Below, one piece after another: positions 29,104 to 45,394 of a DNA stretch of 64,000 bases (positions are counted from its first letter, which is position 1; the number at the start of each line of letters is the position of its first letter). Source of the stretch: the human T2T-CHM13v2.0 reference genome, Homo sapiens; assembly GCF_009914755.1 (NCBI RefSeq), contig NC_060947.1; one strand, written 5' to 3'. The position numbers and the translations under genes were made by a program. Under the pieces are notes generated by a model, which ran no database searches, was not told the origin of the DNA, and saw only the letters and a program-made list of their open reading frames with translations.

Positions 29104-29299
29104 TTTTTTTTTTTTTAACTTTTAAGTTCAGGGGTACGTGTGCAGGTTTGTTATATAGGTAAACTTGTGTTTACCTTGTGGGTTTTGTTGTACAGATTAT
29201 TTTGTCACCCAGATATTAAGCCTAGTGTACCAATAGTTATATTTCCTGATCCTCCCCCTCCTCCCACCCTCCTTCCTCTGATAGGCCCCAGTGTCTGTT
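29104..29299 (-). mobile_element. Short 3' end of an older L1PA
   Basis: Poly(T), AACTTTTAAGTTCAGGGGTAC...GCAGGTTTGTTA; TSD AGAACCAACTTTT at 29095 and 29300. Confidence 0.92.
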
Positions 29300-29329
29300 A
29301 GAACCAACTTTTCACTTCTTGAGTATCTC

Positions 29330-30859
<1,530 letters not shown>

Positions 30860-31949
30860 TGAGACTTCCAAAACCTCCATTTGGCTTCCTAGTGTCTCAG
30901 TTGCCACTCTTTTACTTGGTTTTTTAGACTCGTGACTCCAAGCCTCTTATGAATCAGCAGATTCATCAAGGGGAAAATTGGGTTCAAAATGCCAGATTCT
31001 TCTCAATGCATTTCCTTTCTCTACAGGATGCTGGTCTTTCAAGTCCCTGCTGCTTTGGAAGATCTCTGAGGCCTTCAACCACATTCTTTGTATTTATGTC
31101 CTACTCTTCTACTTGTTCTCTGTGGAAGAGAGACAGAGGAAAAAAGCTACTGTAACCTTATCCTAAGTGGATGCCTAGGTGAACATTTTGGATGGTCACT
31201 TAACCTAAGTCTCAGTTTCCTCATTAATAAAATGGGGGCACATGAGACATACCTCATGAGGTTGTTTCGAGGCTTAAATATACGTTAAATGTATTTTGTG
31301 AGCCTAAAAGATATTTAAACACAAGCCGCTATTACATCTTTACATGATTGAAGTTCCTGAAGGAGACCTGTAGTGGGTGTCTATACAGGGCAGTTGGTTC
31401 ATGTGGCCAGGTCTACTTGGGGATGTGAATGGAAGTTTACTTCTTCTGGGAACTTTGATTGTTAATATTGTTGGATTTATCACTCTTTAGTGAAACAAGT
31501 TACTTCCTCATGGTGGTAAGAAGTCCCAGAACACTGTTCCAAACACTTTCCCAAAGGCTCATCCTTGAAAACCCAAGGCCATCAACAAGCCATTGGACTA
31601 CCCTTTTTTCAAATACACATCTTTCTGGCAAACAGGGGATTCTTCTAAAATAATTTGAAGAAATGAAAAATACCAGCTTACGTGCTTCACTCTGAGATCA
31701 TTTCTGTCCTGTTAGGTACAATCTTAGGGTTTATCCCTGACTTTTCCCCCTGAGCAAGTCTTACTCAGCTCAGGTGATATAAGACAGTTGCACAACTTAT
31801 TGGTCTTTTTTGAGTAAATATTTGCTTGAGCTTCAGTTCTTTTTATCACTGTCCTGACAGTTCTACATTTACCCACAAGTTGTAGAACTCTCTGGCTTTT
31901 TCTCCCTGTGCAAGATCAGCACCATCCTTGTAACAGAAAGATGCATTTG

Positions 31950-33680
31950 TCCATCACTTGAGTGATCTTTTTGAGAGACCACTTTACCTCTTCTCTACTG
32001 AGTAGTGGATGATAAGACCTACTTCTAGTCCATTCCACCTGGCATTTGAAATATCACCTTTTTATACCCATTATCATATCCACTATTTAAGGAATCTCAG
32101 CATCCTGATGTCTTTTTGTCTATAGGAAACCTACTCTGACTCAAATCTGCCATTAAAGTCTGAACAATGCAGCCACTGATCAGGCCTCAGACAGGCTTGA
32201 CTTACACATGTTATCTCAGAGGGATATCAATGTGATTCAGGATCACCCACTAAAACCTGAGCTCCAACTAGCCTTTTGAATTGGCTGACAAGCTCCTTGC
32301 CTGCCCTGATGGAACAGAACACCAGACACTATGGGGGGAAGTGAGAGGGAAAGTTCTAGTCTCTAAAGCCATGGTTTTCATTTGGGAGTTATGGGCAGTA
32401 GGGAAAACACTTCTACAATGCAAATTCCAGACTATACCTTTGGCCTACTAAATCAGAACCCAGGGTGGAGGCAACCCTTCCCCTTTCTTCTCCTTTCCCT
32501 ATCCAAAGAAAAGCCATGGTAGCAAGGCACAGAGGGGGTTGAAGTGCCTGTGTGCCAGGGTCATCAAGAGAGCACTGGCATCTAAGGGTGGTAGGTTTGC
32601 CACCATTTTGACTGTGCCAGGGCTCAATAGATAGTCAAGAATAAAATTATTGGACAGCAAAATTCCTGGGTGTAGGAGACATAGTGCAGCTATACTATTT
32701 ATTCACTCTGCATCTGGAAGTAATTGATTCAATCTCTTAAACAGCAATTTCTTAAATAGGAAGTGGGCTAATGAGATAGGTGTTTGGTAAAAGTTTAGTG
32801 CTTGACAAGTTGGTTTTTGTTGTTGATGCTATCAACAGCATTCTTCAAATGATGAAGAATTAGATGTTATCATCTTCAGTGCCTTTCAAGATTCCAAATG
32901 AAAATTGGCTGACTCAAGGTTGATTTGTACTAAACACTTCCTCATTATGCTAAACAGACGTCTCATGGCCAAGTTGGTTTGCCCTTTCTTCATTCTCAAT
33001 ATTTTAGGAACGCATGTTTACAATTTTTTAACTCTCTTGGAAAGAAGTTTGGTAATATGTATTAATAGGCTTTAAATGTCTCTTCCTCAGACCAAGGAAA
33101 TTTTTAGACAGCTATTTTATTTATTTATTTATTTTATTTTTTGGAGAGATTATCACTTCTATTGCTTTATCCATACCATCTTACATATGACCAATAGGAG
33201 AATTTCTATTCCCTAATAGTGAGAGCTGGTTTATCTCACATTCTAATAGTAGGAAACTCTATCTATGATATTTCCAAATTTGCCAGAATCCGTGTCCATA
33301 ATGATAGCTTCATGGCTTAGAAAATTCTGATGTGCCTGATTCTGAACAGAATTTCCTACAGTGAATTTCCTACAGTGTACCTTGTTGCAATCATATTATT
33401 CTTTGTAAATTGGCCATACATTTTGGTATAAAAATAATGAGAACCCCATTCCCTGATCATTCAAGATAACTGAGTTCACCACCTTATGGAGCAAACACAA
33501 TCCCAAATGGATTAGACTTTCAGCACTAGTTGATAACTATTTTAATATGAATTGGTTCTTCATCAGCTCTCATTTCTTTCTACTAAAAGATTCTGAGGAA
33601 GATGGAAAGCCAAGCTTGGGTACACAGAATACAATACCTTTGTTTTACTTGGGGTGATGATGTTGTTTCAGGTGGTCCAT
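31950..33680 (-). mobile_element. Putative ancient Gypsy-type pol fossil (RT then integrase), MamGypsy-internal-like
   Basis: Minus-strand motifs in order: PFGIVFAP (33487-33510), GNGVLII (33433-33453), FLSHE (33309-33323), DNG (32067-32075), VEWTRSRSYHP (32006-32038). Confidence 0.55.
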
Positions 33681-34516
33681 TCCCAAAATATATCCACGAA
33701 CCCCAGATTAGATGTTGATGGCCACTCAGTCCTTCTTAATAGCAATGAATGGAAATGGGTTTTACCAAGAAATTTCAACATTTTCTTGCTTCCACATAAA
33801 CCTTTTGATGTATTTTCTAACATTTCACAACTAGATTAAAACATAACACGTAAGGGGTCTGTTACCCCTCCCAAGCCCATCTCCATTAAGAAACAACACA
33901 CACACACACACACAAAAGAAACATCAGGCTGCACAATAAAGGGGTCACCTTACATAATGCACAAAGCTGTGCATGCTGCCTTCTCTCACATGCTCATGGT
34001 AGCTAATGCTCTGCACATGAGAGGGGCTCTATAAAAGTGGTCAAATGACAAAAATGGTAGGTTGTATAACAAAAGCAGCACACACTAAAATTATAATTCT
34101 CATATTCACAAAAGCAGAGGTAGGCCTTTTCTTGTGACTGTTAGAAGTTCTGCATGGATGAATGCTAGGTCACTATCAGAATTGTTTTCCCATCTGTTTT
34201 TCCACCCACTCCCTGCTATTGGTTTAGCATGTTTTCGATACCTCAATAACTCAAAGGTCAAATGTTTCCTTCCCAGGTATATTTCCAGCCTCTGTAGTAA
34301 AGTTTGTAAGCTCTCATGTCTCAAGAGGAGTCTAATAAATTCACTGTTTTGTTTAGTCTGAAGATCTTAGCCAGAAGCAACTAGAGAGCTGTATTAGTAT
34401 TTGGTTTATTTCAAAATTGGTGAGCATGCTTTGAATTTTGAAAATCCCTATGTGATAACTCTTAGGAAGAGCCCTTCTGGCCACTCAGAGGCTTATCTGC
34501 AAATGGGTGGATGTTT

Positions 34517-35632
34517 TACTTAAATGTAAAACCCAAAACCATAAAAACCCTAGAAGAAAACCTAGGCAATACCTTTCAGGACGTAGGCATGGGCAAATAC
34601 TTCATGACAAAAACACCAAAAGCAATTGCAACAAAAGCCAACATTGACAAATGGGGTCTAATTAAGCTAAAGAGCTTCTGCACAGCAAAAGAAACTATCA
34701 TCAGAGGGAATAGGCAACCTAGAGAATGGAAGAAAGTTTTTGCAATCTATCCATCTGGCAAAGGTCTAATATCCAGAATTTACAAGTAACTTAACCAAAT
34801 TTACAATTAAAAAAACCCATTAAAAAGTGGGCAAAGGGTATGAACAGACACTTCTCAAAAGAAGACATTTATGCGGCCAAAAAACATGAAAAAAAGCTCA
34901 ACATCACTGATCATCAGAGAAATGCAAATCAAAATCACAATGAGATACCATCTCACACCAGTCAGAATGGCGATTATTAAAAACTCAGGAAACAATAGAT
35001 GCTGGTGAGTCTGTGGAGAAATAGGCACGCTTTTACAATGCTGGTGGGAATGTAAATTAGTTCAACCACTGTGGAAGACAGCATGGCGATTCCTCAAGGA
35101 TCTAGAACCAGAAATACCATTTGACCGAGCAATCCCATTACTGGGTATATACCCAAAGGAATATAAATCATTCTACTATAAAGACACACGCACACGTATG
35201 TTTACTGCAGCACTATTTACAATAGTAAAGACTTGGAACCAACCCAAATGCCCATCAATGATAGACTGGATTTAAAAAATATGGTACACATGCACCACAG
35301 AATACTATGCAGCCATAAAAAGGAATGAGATCATGTACTTTGCAGGGACATGGATGAAGCTGGAAGCCATCATTCTCAGCAAACTAACACAGGAAGAGAA
35401 AACCAAATACTGCATGTTCTCACTCATAAGTGGGAGTTGAACAATGAGAACACATGGACACAGAGAGGGAAACAACACACACCAGGGCCTGTTGGGGGGT
35501 GGGGGGTGAGGGGAGGGAACTTGGAGGATGGGTCAATAGGTGTGGCAAACCACCATGGGGTGCGTATTCCTATGTAACAAACCTGCACATTCTGCACATG
35601 TATCCCATTTTTTTAGAAGAAATTTAAAAAAA
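34517..35632 (+). mobile_element. 5'-truncated L1PA (L1PA8A-like)
   Basis: ORF2 C-terminal remnant [16 protein letters not shown]...; 3' UTR ending TATCCCATTTTTTAGAAGAAA. Confidence 0.93.
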
Positions 35633-35932
35633 GCTATTTTAAAGAAATGGACAAGCTCATAAAATTGTTTTTATATCTTCAATAAAGTATTGCTTGTCAA
35701 CACTAAAATATTATTTGGATGAAGTCAGGTGTTCTTTTTTTTTTCACTAGTAAATTCTTAGGACCCTGGCACACAGAATGTGCTTAATAAATATTTGTTA
35801 GATAAATGGATGGATAATTACATTCTACCTACTTGTCTCTGCATAAGTCGTTAAATTGACTAACCTTCAATTTTCTTTCCTATAAAATGGGACTAATAAT
35901 ACTTAACTCTTGGAGTATTTAGAAGAAAACAG

Positions 35933-36372
35933 CTGTAGTGGATGCTGTGACTGGCCACCCTGATCCCCTTTAAAGAATGACACACTCATTCCTCCAGCTG
36001 TTGGGACTGATGGCAGCTGAAAACACTCAGCTGAGTCCAACTTTGCAATTTGCTTCAGCTGCAGAGAGCTACCTTGCCCCAAATCATGCTCCATTTCCAG
36101 GGCATCCCACATCCAGTGACCATCTGGCACAATATATAAAGGCTTAGCCTCCCTTGCCCCAACTGAGGACAACTCTGATCAGCCACTTTTATCTCTTGAG
36201 CTCTCTATAAGGTCAACTGAGGCGTTCATTGCAGCCCAATTTTTCCATCTGTCCACTCCTGCTTTCTGTTCCTCCCTTCCCCGGGTGTTGATACCAAGAG
36301 AACACTAATAATTCTCCTACCTACTAATCTGTCTCTCAGAGTCAGCTTCCCAAAGAATCTAAATAGAGATAG
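35933..36372 (+). mobile_element. LTR16-like ERVL solo LTR
   Basis: TGTAGTGGATGCTGTG start; GGTGTTGAT...TCTCAGAGTCAGCTTCC end. Confidence 0.75.
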
Positions 36373-36720
36373 TAGAACATAGTATATTCTAAATAAAACA
36401 TTTATTGGGTCTGGCAGTCAAAGAGAGGCAAGAGTCCACAAGAACACATGACTGTTTTGTGAGCTCTAACGGTCCTAATAGAAGTGTTTTCTGTTAAATC
36501 TTTGTGGATAAAGGTCAGGGAAGGAGTTGCAGTCGGAGCCTACAGACCTATATCTGTTCTAATCAATACAGTGTCATAGTTAAACAAATGGACTTTGGAA
36601 TCAGACAGCTCTGAGTACATATGCCAACTCTGCCATTCACCAGTTATATGACCTTTGACAGGTTATCTCTCGTGGCCTGTTTCCTCATCTACAAAATGAG
36701 GATTATAGGAAACCTACCTA

Positions 36721-37110
<390 letters not shown>

Positions 37111-37223
37111 CTAACCAGTGCTTAATTATAGGAGCTGTTATGCTGTGGTCAAAAAAGACATAACTTGATCTGGGCTAGGAAATGACTAGAGATCTAGAGA
37201 TGCAAAGAGTTGGGCTATGATCA

Positions 37224-37626
37224 TGTAGGCAATTGTGAGTATCTCTGCTGTAGACACAGAGATGCATGGCTCAGATCCACCTCCAAGGGAAAGATGTACC
37301 CCAGCTGTCAGCTCTGTCAGTCACGGTTTGCCTCAGCTGCAGGAAGTGAGCTCAGTCTCAGAGTATGCCCTTGCCCTTGCAATGATGAATGAAAGTGTGG
37401 GTGGGGGATAAAGGTCCAACCACTTTAGCCCAACACAGGACCATTCCAAAGCCCCTCAGGGAAGGGAGAGCTAGCTTAGAGTTTGTCCAGCATGTGTCTT
37501 AGCTCAACTTCTTCCTGTACCCAATTCTGCTTTCCCCTCCTCCCTGCCATAGGTGTTGATCCCTCATAAACAGCCTTCACCTCAACTCCATTTCAGAGTC
37601 AATTTCAAAGAATTTAGCCTGTGACA
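37224..37626 (+). mobile_element. Second LTR16-like solo LTR
   Basis: CTCAGCTGCAG...CCTTGCCC, GGTGTTGATCCC, TCAGAGTC...TGTGACA; similar to 35933-36372. Confidence 0.65.
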
Positions 37627-38169
37627 AAGTCTGAAAGCACAGCTAAAGGATAACTCCTCAGACCCTACCCCTATCCTCCCCCACTTCCTTTGTTCATCCT
37701 TTTATCTTTCAATCTTATCCCTTTGTCTGTGTTTTGTACTTTCAATATTCAGAGCATTGAGTTTTAATGGCCTGTTGTACACAACTTGTCCACGAGCTGT
37801 CAGGTCGAGGCAAAAGCCTATTTAGACAAGTTGTCAGGTTGAAGGGGAGAGGGAAAAAAATCCTAAATCAATGTGTTTTCGCATGCAATCACACATGGGC
37901 TAATTTATCTGCAGCCACGTTCTACCCTGCCAGTTTGGCATAAGAGTCCTCAGTCAAGGGGGCTGCAAGTTGGCTGATTAACAGAGCGATTTTTATTGGG
38001 AGAAGGACAACACAATTGTTTTATGGTAATTATCACCATTTGAACCTGTGCACAAGCTCATGGGGAAGATGAAAGAAAAGGCTCTGTATGAATGATGAAG
38101 CAGCTAGAAACATATACAGGACAGAGGGCTAGAACTGTTTAGAATATTGACGTTGTATACCTTGTGTAA

Positions 38170-38563
<394 letters not shown>

Positions 38564-39899
38564 TAGAGTTGGGAAAACAGGAGGGTAGATTACTAGGTTG
38601 ACTTACTTAAAGATAACAGCCAAGTCCATTTCAAGGCTGAGAACAGAGCCAACCATTCTGAAAGTGCTGAACTAGGCCATTAAACATTCTCCCTTACATT
38701 TCACAAAAACAACTAAATAGAAACAAAACACCAGAAATATAACCCTCAAAACAACACACACACACATGCTTGCACACACACACAGGAGATAGATTTTAGA
38801 GTTTTGTTGCCGTGATAATTTTAAATTTGAAACACACTGAAAACTACAAAATACATCCCAGGTGAATTGAAGACTTCAGCTGGGGAAAACACAGACTTTG
38901 GTATTTTCTCCTTTGATATTTGATAATTCTCTTTGCATCTTTGTCCATTCCCGCTGTCATAGCTGAGTTTAGGACAAGGACAGAATGAGATAAGTCTGTC
39001 ACCGCAAGGTAGAAAAGACAAGTGGAGAGTGTAAAAATGGTTTGCAGACTGGAAATGTCTGTTTTAAAGGTTTGTGGTATATGATTAACTTTAAAAAATC
39101 TTGCTTAAATTGTTAAGAACAAATTCCTCCAGGTCTGCGGCGGTATCTGTGGCTAGAATTAGAAACACATAGTAATGGGGGCTATGACTTTTGGAGATCT
39201 TCCCACTTCTACTACTTTCTCTGCTTTTTATTTTTATTCCCTTTACAAGTAAGGATCATTAAATGATACCTCTCTCCTCATGGCTGGAGCAGAAGAGGGG
39301 AAGGGCACAGAGCAAGAGCATTTCTGACAATCATTTTGTTAAGAAAACCCAGGCTTAGAAATAAAAACAGCTTTCTTTCCCCAAAACCAAGAAGACAGAT
39401 AAAAGTCTAGGCATTCTGGAACTCCTACCCAATTGAGAAATGCTTGCCCCAGAATGGAACATTAGAAAGCTGAGCTGCTGAGAACGCTTAAAACAGATCT
39501 CACAGGCAGGATTCCACTGTGCTTCCGCTTGTAGAATGTCTTAGAAAGACAGATTTTATAATTGAAAATAAAAACATTTGATATGTGAATGTAAAAATTT
39601 ATTTTCCCCTTTGTAATGCCACCACAAAGTTTCGCTAAGGGAGGAAAGATCAATTCTCCATTAAAAAAAGATGTGCAAATTAAGCAAAGCATCATGATTC
39701 ATTTCATCGTGATGGACTTAGAAGGATGAAACTGGCAATGGATTATAGAACCAGGTATCTCTCAGCTATAGCTTCACATATGAGCTCTTTTTTGGTTGTT
39801 TGTTTTTTATATCATCAGCTGGTTTCTCTCAATTTGCTAGAATTTTCTAGAAAAGAAGTTTTAGTCTCCATTTGATGTTTCTCTCAAAATCACAAATGA

Positions 39900-40198
39900 T
39901 TTTTTTTGCGGGGGGGGGGACAGGGTCTCACTCTGTCATCCAGGCTGGAGTGCAGTTGCACTACATTGGCTCACTGCAACCTCTGCCTCTTGGGCTCAAG
40001 CAGTCCTCCCACCTCAGACTCCCAGGTAGCTGGGGCTATAGGCACGTACTACCACCCCCAGCTAGTTTTTGTATTTTTTGTAGAGACAGGGTTTCGCCAT
40101 GTTGGCCAAGCTGGTCTCCAACTCCTGAGCTCAACTGATCTGCCCACCTCAGCCTCCTAAAGTGCTAGGATTACAGGCATGAGCCACTGCACCTGGCC
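39900..40198 (-). mobile_element. AluJ
   Basis: Antisense dimer, GGGCTCAAGCAGTCCTCCCACC. Confidence 0.92.
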
Positions 40199-40764
40199 AG
40201 ATTTTTTTATTCAATAACCTATATGGTGTAGCCAGCATGTGTCAGGCACTGTGCTAGGCACAGGAAACACAGGGCTAAAAGACACAACCTCTGCTGTCAA
40301 ACTGCATAGAGTCTAATAAAGGAGTAGGATAAAATGATAATGACTGGACAGTGTGGGGGTAATGAGAGCAAACACTCAGAGATTACTTTCTTCCAGGCAC
40401 TTGTCTAAATGCTTACAGGTATAACATCATTTAATCCTCACCACAACTCTGTGAGGTAGGTGAGTACAGGCACAGAAATGTTAACTTATTTGCCAAAGGT
40501 CACACAGCTAGTAATTGACAGAGTCAGAATTCAAACGTAGGCAATCTGGTTCAAAGTGGGTGTTCTTCACCTCAACACTGGAGATGTGGCAGCCCCCTTG
40601 GGTTGGGTGGGATTGAGGTGGGCTTGGGGTGGGAGATCTCAAGGAAAGCTCTCCAGAAGAGATGACAACAGCCTTAAAAATACTTCCATTGGCTATGTTA
40701 AGATGAATGTGCATGATCACCCAACCAGTGTGCAGATTAGAAAGCTGAGAGTGAGGAGAGAAAC

Positions 40765-40843
40765 AGAAAAAGAGAGAGAGAGAGAGAGAATCTTCCAGGA
40801 CTTGAGAGAGAGAGAGAGAGAGAGAGAGAATCTTCTAGGACTT
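40765..40843. repeat. (GA)n tracts within a ~40-bp tandem duplication
   Basis: (GA)n-ATCTTC(C/T)AGGACTT occurs twice. Confidence 0.9.
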
Positions 40844-42039
40844 CCAAGGCATGACTATATGGAAAAAGGGTCCACACTGCCTGAGAATACTGGTGCTGTA
40901 GGGCAGTATTTCCATAGCTGTTGTCTTGGAACCTTAATGCTCCCTGAGACAATAATAGGCAGTCTACAAAATAGGCTTCCAGGATCAAGTAAGTTTGAGA
41001 AATGCTGGAGTTCAACAAAGGTCAATAGGTTTCTTTACCTCTGAACTTGCAAGAGTCTTTAACATACTAATGTACACCATGAAACTCCGAGAGGTAAACA
41101 GAATTTGGCCACAAATCATCCCTTAACAGAAAGCTCTATGAAGCTCTTGTTCATAGAACAAGAGTCCCAGGAATAGTCTGGGAAATGCTGTCTTCCAGGA
41201 GGCACATAAGGGCTCAGCCTGTCCTGAATTCTGAGGCCTGCTCTGCTCCTTAGCTGGATGGTAACAAAAGCCCTGTGTCGGGTGGTGGGCAGTGGGTAGT
41301 GGGTGGAGGGTTTGGTGTTTAGTGTCTTCTTTTCTGTCAGTGCCCAAATTCCTGCCCAATTACTTAGACACTTTTCCTGGTTCCCTGACCTTTTGATCCT
41401 CAGTTTTTTGCTAAGGGCTGTAGACTCTTTCTTTGGTTCACCTGCCATGACCTGTGAAGCCAACCAGGAGCCAATTTTTCTAGACTTGACCTTTGAACAT
41501 GAGGAACCTATTAGCCTAAACCTTCAAGTTGGCTTAGCTTCTCCTGACTGCACCTGCCCTGGCCCTTCCACTCCCTCCCTTCTAACTTTTTCTCCCTCCC
41601 TTCTTACCTTCCTTCCTTCAACATTTATGATTTGCATTCTATGGGAGCCACAGAGTTTTAGGGTTTAGCATGGTCACTTGCAATTTACAGTTCGTGTCAA
41701 AGTTCTGCAGTAGCTGGCCAAACTCAAGTCATGTGCCTGCTCCCTAGCTGGTAGGCTGAGGGGACATAATTCTTGTAAGAAGTATGTGGGAGAGGAAGGC
41801 TAGATTTGTAAAATATTCTTCAGATATGTTTTTCAAATACATGTAGATCCTATTGTAGTTAATAAAACATTGTGTGTAGATACTACTAGGATTCATACAA
41901 TAGATCTTTATGTATACTGAATTAACATTGCTTTTGTCATTATGTATTTAAAAATCAATACATACTATAAATGCTATTGTCTTGTTGGTATCTATGAGTT
42001 TTTTGATGTTGAAAGGGGATTCTTTACACCATCCAAACC

Positions 42040-42255
42040 TCAGGCTTTAGAGTCAGCCAGACTTGGGTTCAAATCCCACTTTTGTCATAGATTAGCTGAG
42101 TGACTTTAGGCAAGTTGCTTAATTTTTAAAGCCTTAATTTCTTTACCTGAAAATGGAAATTGTCATACCTGCTTCATGAGTTTATGTGGCAATTAAAGAA
42201 AACAATGAATGTAAATCATCTACCAAATTGCATGGTTGTTCAATGATTGATTATT
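42040..42255 (+). mobile_element. MIR SINE
   Basis: GGGTTCAAATCCC...GTGACTTTAGGCAAGTTGCTTAA. Confidence 0.8.
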
Positions 42256-43333
42256 AACATTGTGGAAAAATAGGGGAAAAAGGAGGAGGGTTGCAAAAGA
42301 GCATTAGCATGAGCTAGCTGAAAATCACAGGGGCTGGAGGTACTAAGGGAGATTAAACACAGTCATATCTGTCATTACACATGTCCCACATCTTTGGCTC
42401 TTCTGAGGTTTTGCATAAACCCCTTAGCTGAATGAACAACCAATGTGAGAAGACACTTGTTATATTTTGCCTGTCCCACATCTGAGGCCCCTTCTTGTGT
42501 TCCTGAGTGGGGCTTAGTGAGAGACAAGGAGGTGGGCGGTGTCTCTTGTTTAGCAGTGACCATCCCAGTGGCAGTGGTAGCGTTCAGAGGTTGCCGTGCC
42601 TGGCACCATAACCAGGCTGGTCTTGCATCATGACCTTATCTGTGCTCGTGTTCTTCAGCTTCTTTTGGTCATCTCATTCTCTTGCTTTTTGTCAAGTCTG
42701 TGAGCTAACCAATAACCTACCAACAAATTCATCTTCAACTTTTGAATGACCTAGGAACAATTTCTGGTGTTTGCAACCAAGAGAGCTACCTAGCACATCC
42801 AGAATGTCCACCAATCTCATCTGGCTTGTCTTAGATATGTAGGCTCCAGATCTGATGGCCAATACCAGACCCTTTCTGCATAGCCCTATTCACATTGCAG
42901 AGACTTTGTGGATGACATTCTCTCTTGGTTCCATAGTCTGTCTTCCAGGGTGGTTGGTGGCAGAAAACTCATCACTCCATATTTCCTCCCTGTCACTCCA
43001 TGTTTGACTGTTTCCAGTTGTCAGACCAGAAGTGCAGTGGGGGAACAACTGTGAAGGTTGCCTGGGGTAATACACAGCCAGGTCCTGACTCTAACCCTGA
43101 CACACTGCAGAATCATGTTTGCAGGGCCACTTCATCTCAGTGATGGTGAGAGCAGCTAGACCCATGCATAGGGTGGAGGATAATGCTGACTTTCGGCTAC
43201 ACTGCCTTCTCCTTCCTCCTCACACATATTGTATTCCAGGGATCAGGCCTCTAGAGTTTACACTGGCTCTCTGTGACCTATGAATGTCCTGGCCCCAGTT
43301 TATACTGTTGTTTGTTGTGAGAAAGGACAAGGT

Positions 43334-43646
<313 letters not shown>

Positions 43647-45394
43647 GAAAGGACAAGGTAAGGGTGAGTGCTGCTCTAAAATCCCAGGCTCCCTGAAAGT
43701 GCTCTACAGATCCCAAACGTGTACAAAGCACTCTCGTTTTCTTTTCAAATTTCAGATGTTAATTATAAGGAAGAGAATTAGGCATATAAAACAAATTACA
43801 TTGGCAGCGTTTGCTTTACTCGTACACCATGGGGCCCAGGCTCCCCTAATGAGATGTGACTACAGATCATCGTGCTTCCTGCAAACAGCCAATTGCTTCT
43901 AATGTGGCAGAGTCTTCCTTGTATTGCCTGAGAATTAGCCACAGGTGTAGCATTTGACTTTGGAGAGCATTACCCTCCCAGGGAATGTGGTTAAGTCAAA
44001 GGCAGAAAGAGGAAGGCAGAGAGGAGAAAGGGAGAGACAGACACCTAAGGTTTAAGAGCTTCCTCATAATTCGCGTTAGCTGCCCCTCCTCCAACCACCA
44101 CAGCCACTCCAAACAAATGCTTAATCCGAGAAAAAATAGTGTATTTATGTCCTTTCTGTAGAAAGCAATTCTGCAGCTGCCACAGGATGCAGGCAACAAA
44201 TGCTGTCTTTTATCAGTGTTTAATAATATTAATGTCCCCAGCAAAGAACAAACATCCACTCTACCATGGGTCGAAAACTGTTTGTGGGCTAATTGGAAAA
44301 CATTACTTAATGTTTTTCTTAATTAGAATTAATTACAAGACCCTAGTGAAGAAATAAGTCCATATGTGAGATGCTAAGTCCTCACACTGTGATGTTAAAT
44401 TTCCCTAGGAGAGCTGGTCCCTATTCTATCATACCCTCTAAACTGAAAGATCTTCCTCCATTAGAAGTACCTCTGGTAACCTATGTGTACCTAAACATCT
44501 CTGTGTTCTTTGTAAGCATGAATGCTCCAACAGTACTGAGATCAGCACAAGTAAAACTGGCTTATTGTTAAACAAAAAGGAGAAACATGATATTAGGTCT
44601 AAGGGGCATAGAGGAGGGGGTCTGATTTGTTGGGCTGACCAGCCACTAAATGATTATGGAATTTTGAGGCTCCTGTTCTCTTATCTGTAAATTAAAGGGG
44701 CGGGAATAGAGTTTTCTAAAGTTTTTTTTAAGCTCAAACACTCCCGCGCTCTCATTTTCCCAGTCCTGAGATTCTGTCTTGAAATTGCTAACTGTGAGAT
44801 ACCAGAACTGAAACAAAAAGCAAGCTTTTTGAGGTAAAGAATGAACAGTCCAGATAAATTATTTTGATTAAATTTTTAACTTTGTTTAGGGATAGTCAAT
44901 GTATCTATCTACAGAAACAGACTTTTTTTTAGAGGAGCAACAAAGGAACTATTGAGCTAAGTCAAATGTGCAATTGCTTTGAAAATAACAAGTTAGCATC
45001 TCATGAGAAAATATTAGTTTGAATGAATCAAGCTATATTCTGTAAAAACAGATGTTTGTTTGCATATAGACTCGACCGTTACTTGCTGTAAGAATTTCCC
45101 AAACCCTGTTCTGAGGAGTAGAAGTGTTTTTCTAATCTGTAAGTATTGGTACAGTGGAGAAGAGAGGAGGTCTGTGGTTAAATAAGCTTTGGAAATGCTG
45201 AATCAAATAGTTATATAAGGTCTCTTCACAATGAGATCCTTAGGGCATTTATCATGCTGAGGGGCTTTGTGACCATCCTGTGACATACAGTTTGCAGTGT
45301 TTGATCTTATTTGACATTGGAAACCTTTTTATTGACATGTCAGCAATTCGTGAAATACCAGTGAGCTACAAAATTATTATAAGAAATAATATGG

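Noticed and set aside
34500-35660. Missing TSD around the L1PA8A-like element as an insertion-mediated deletion
   Set aside because: A short or decayed TSD cannot be excluded by eye; an outgroup empty site is needed
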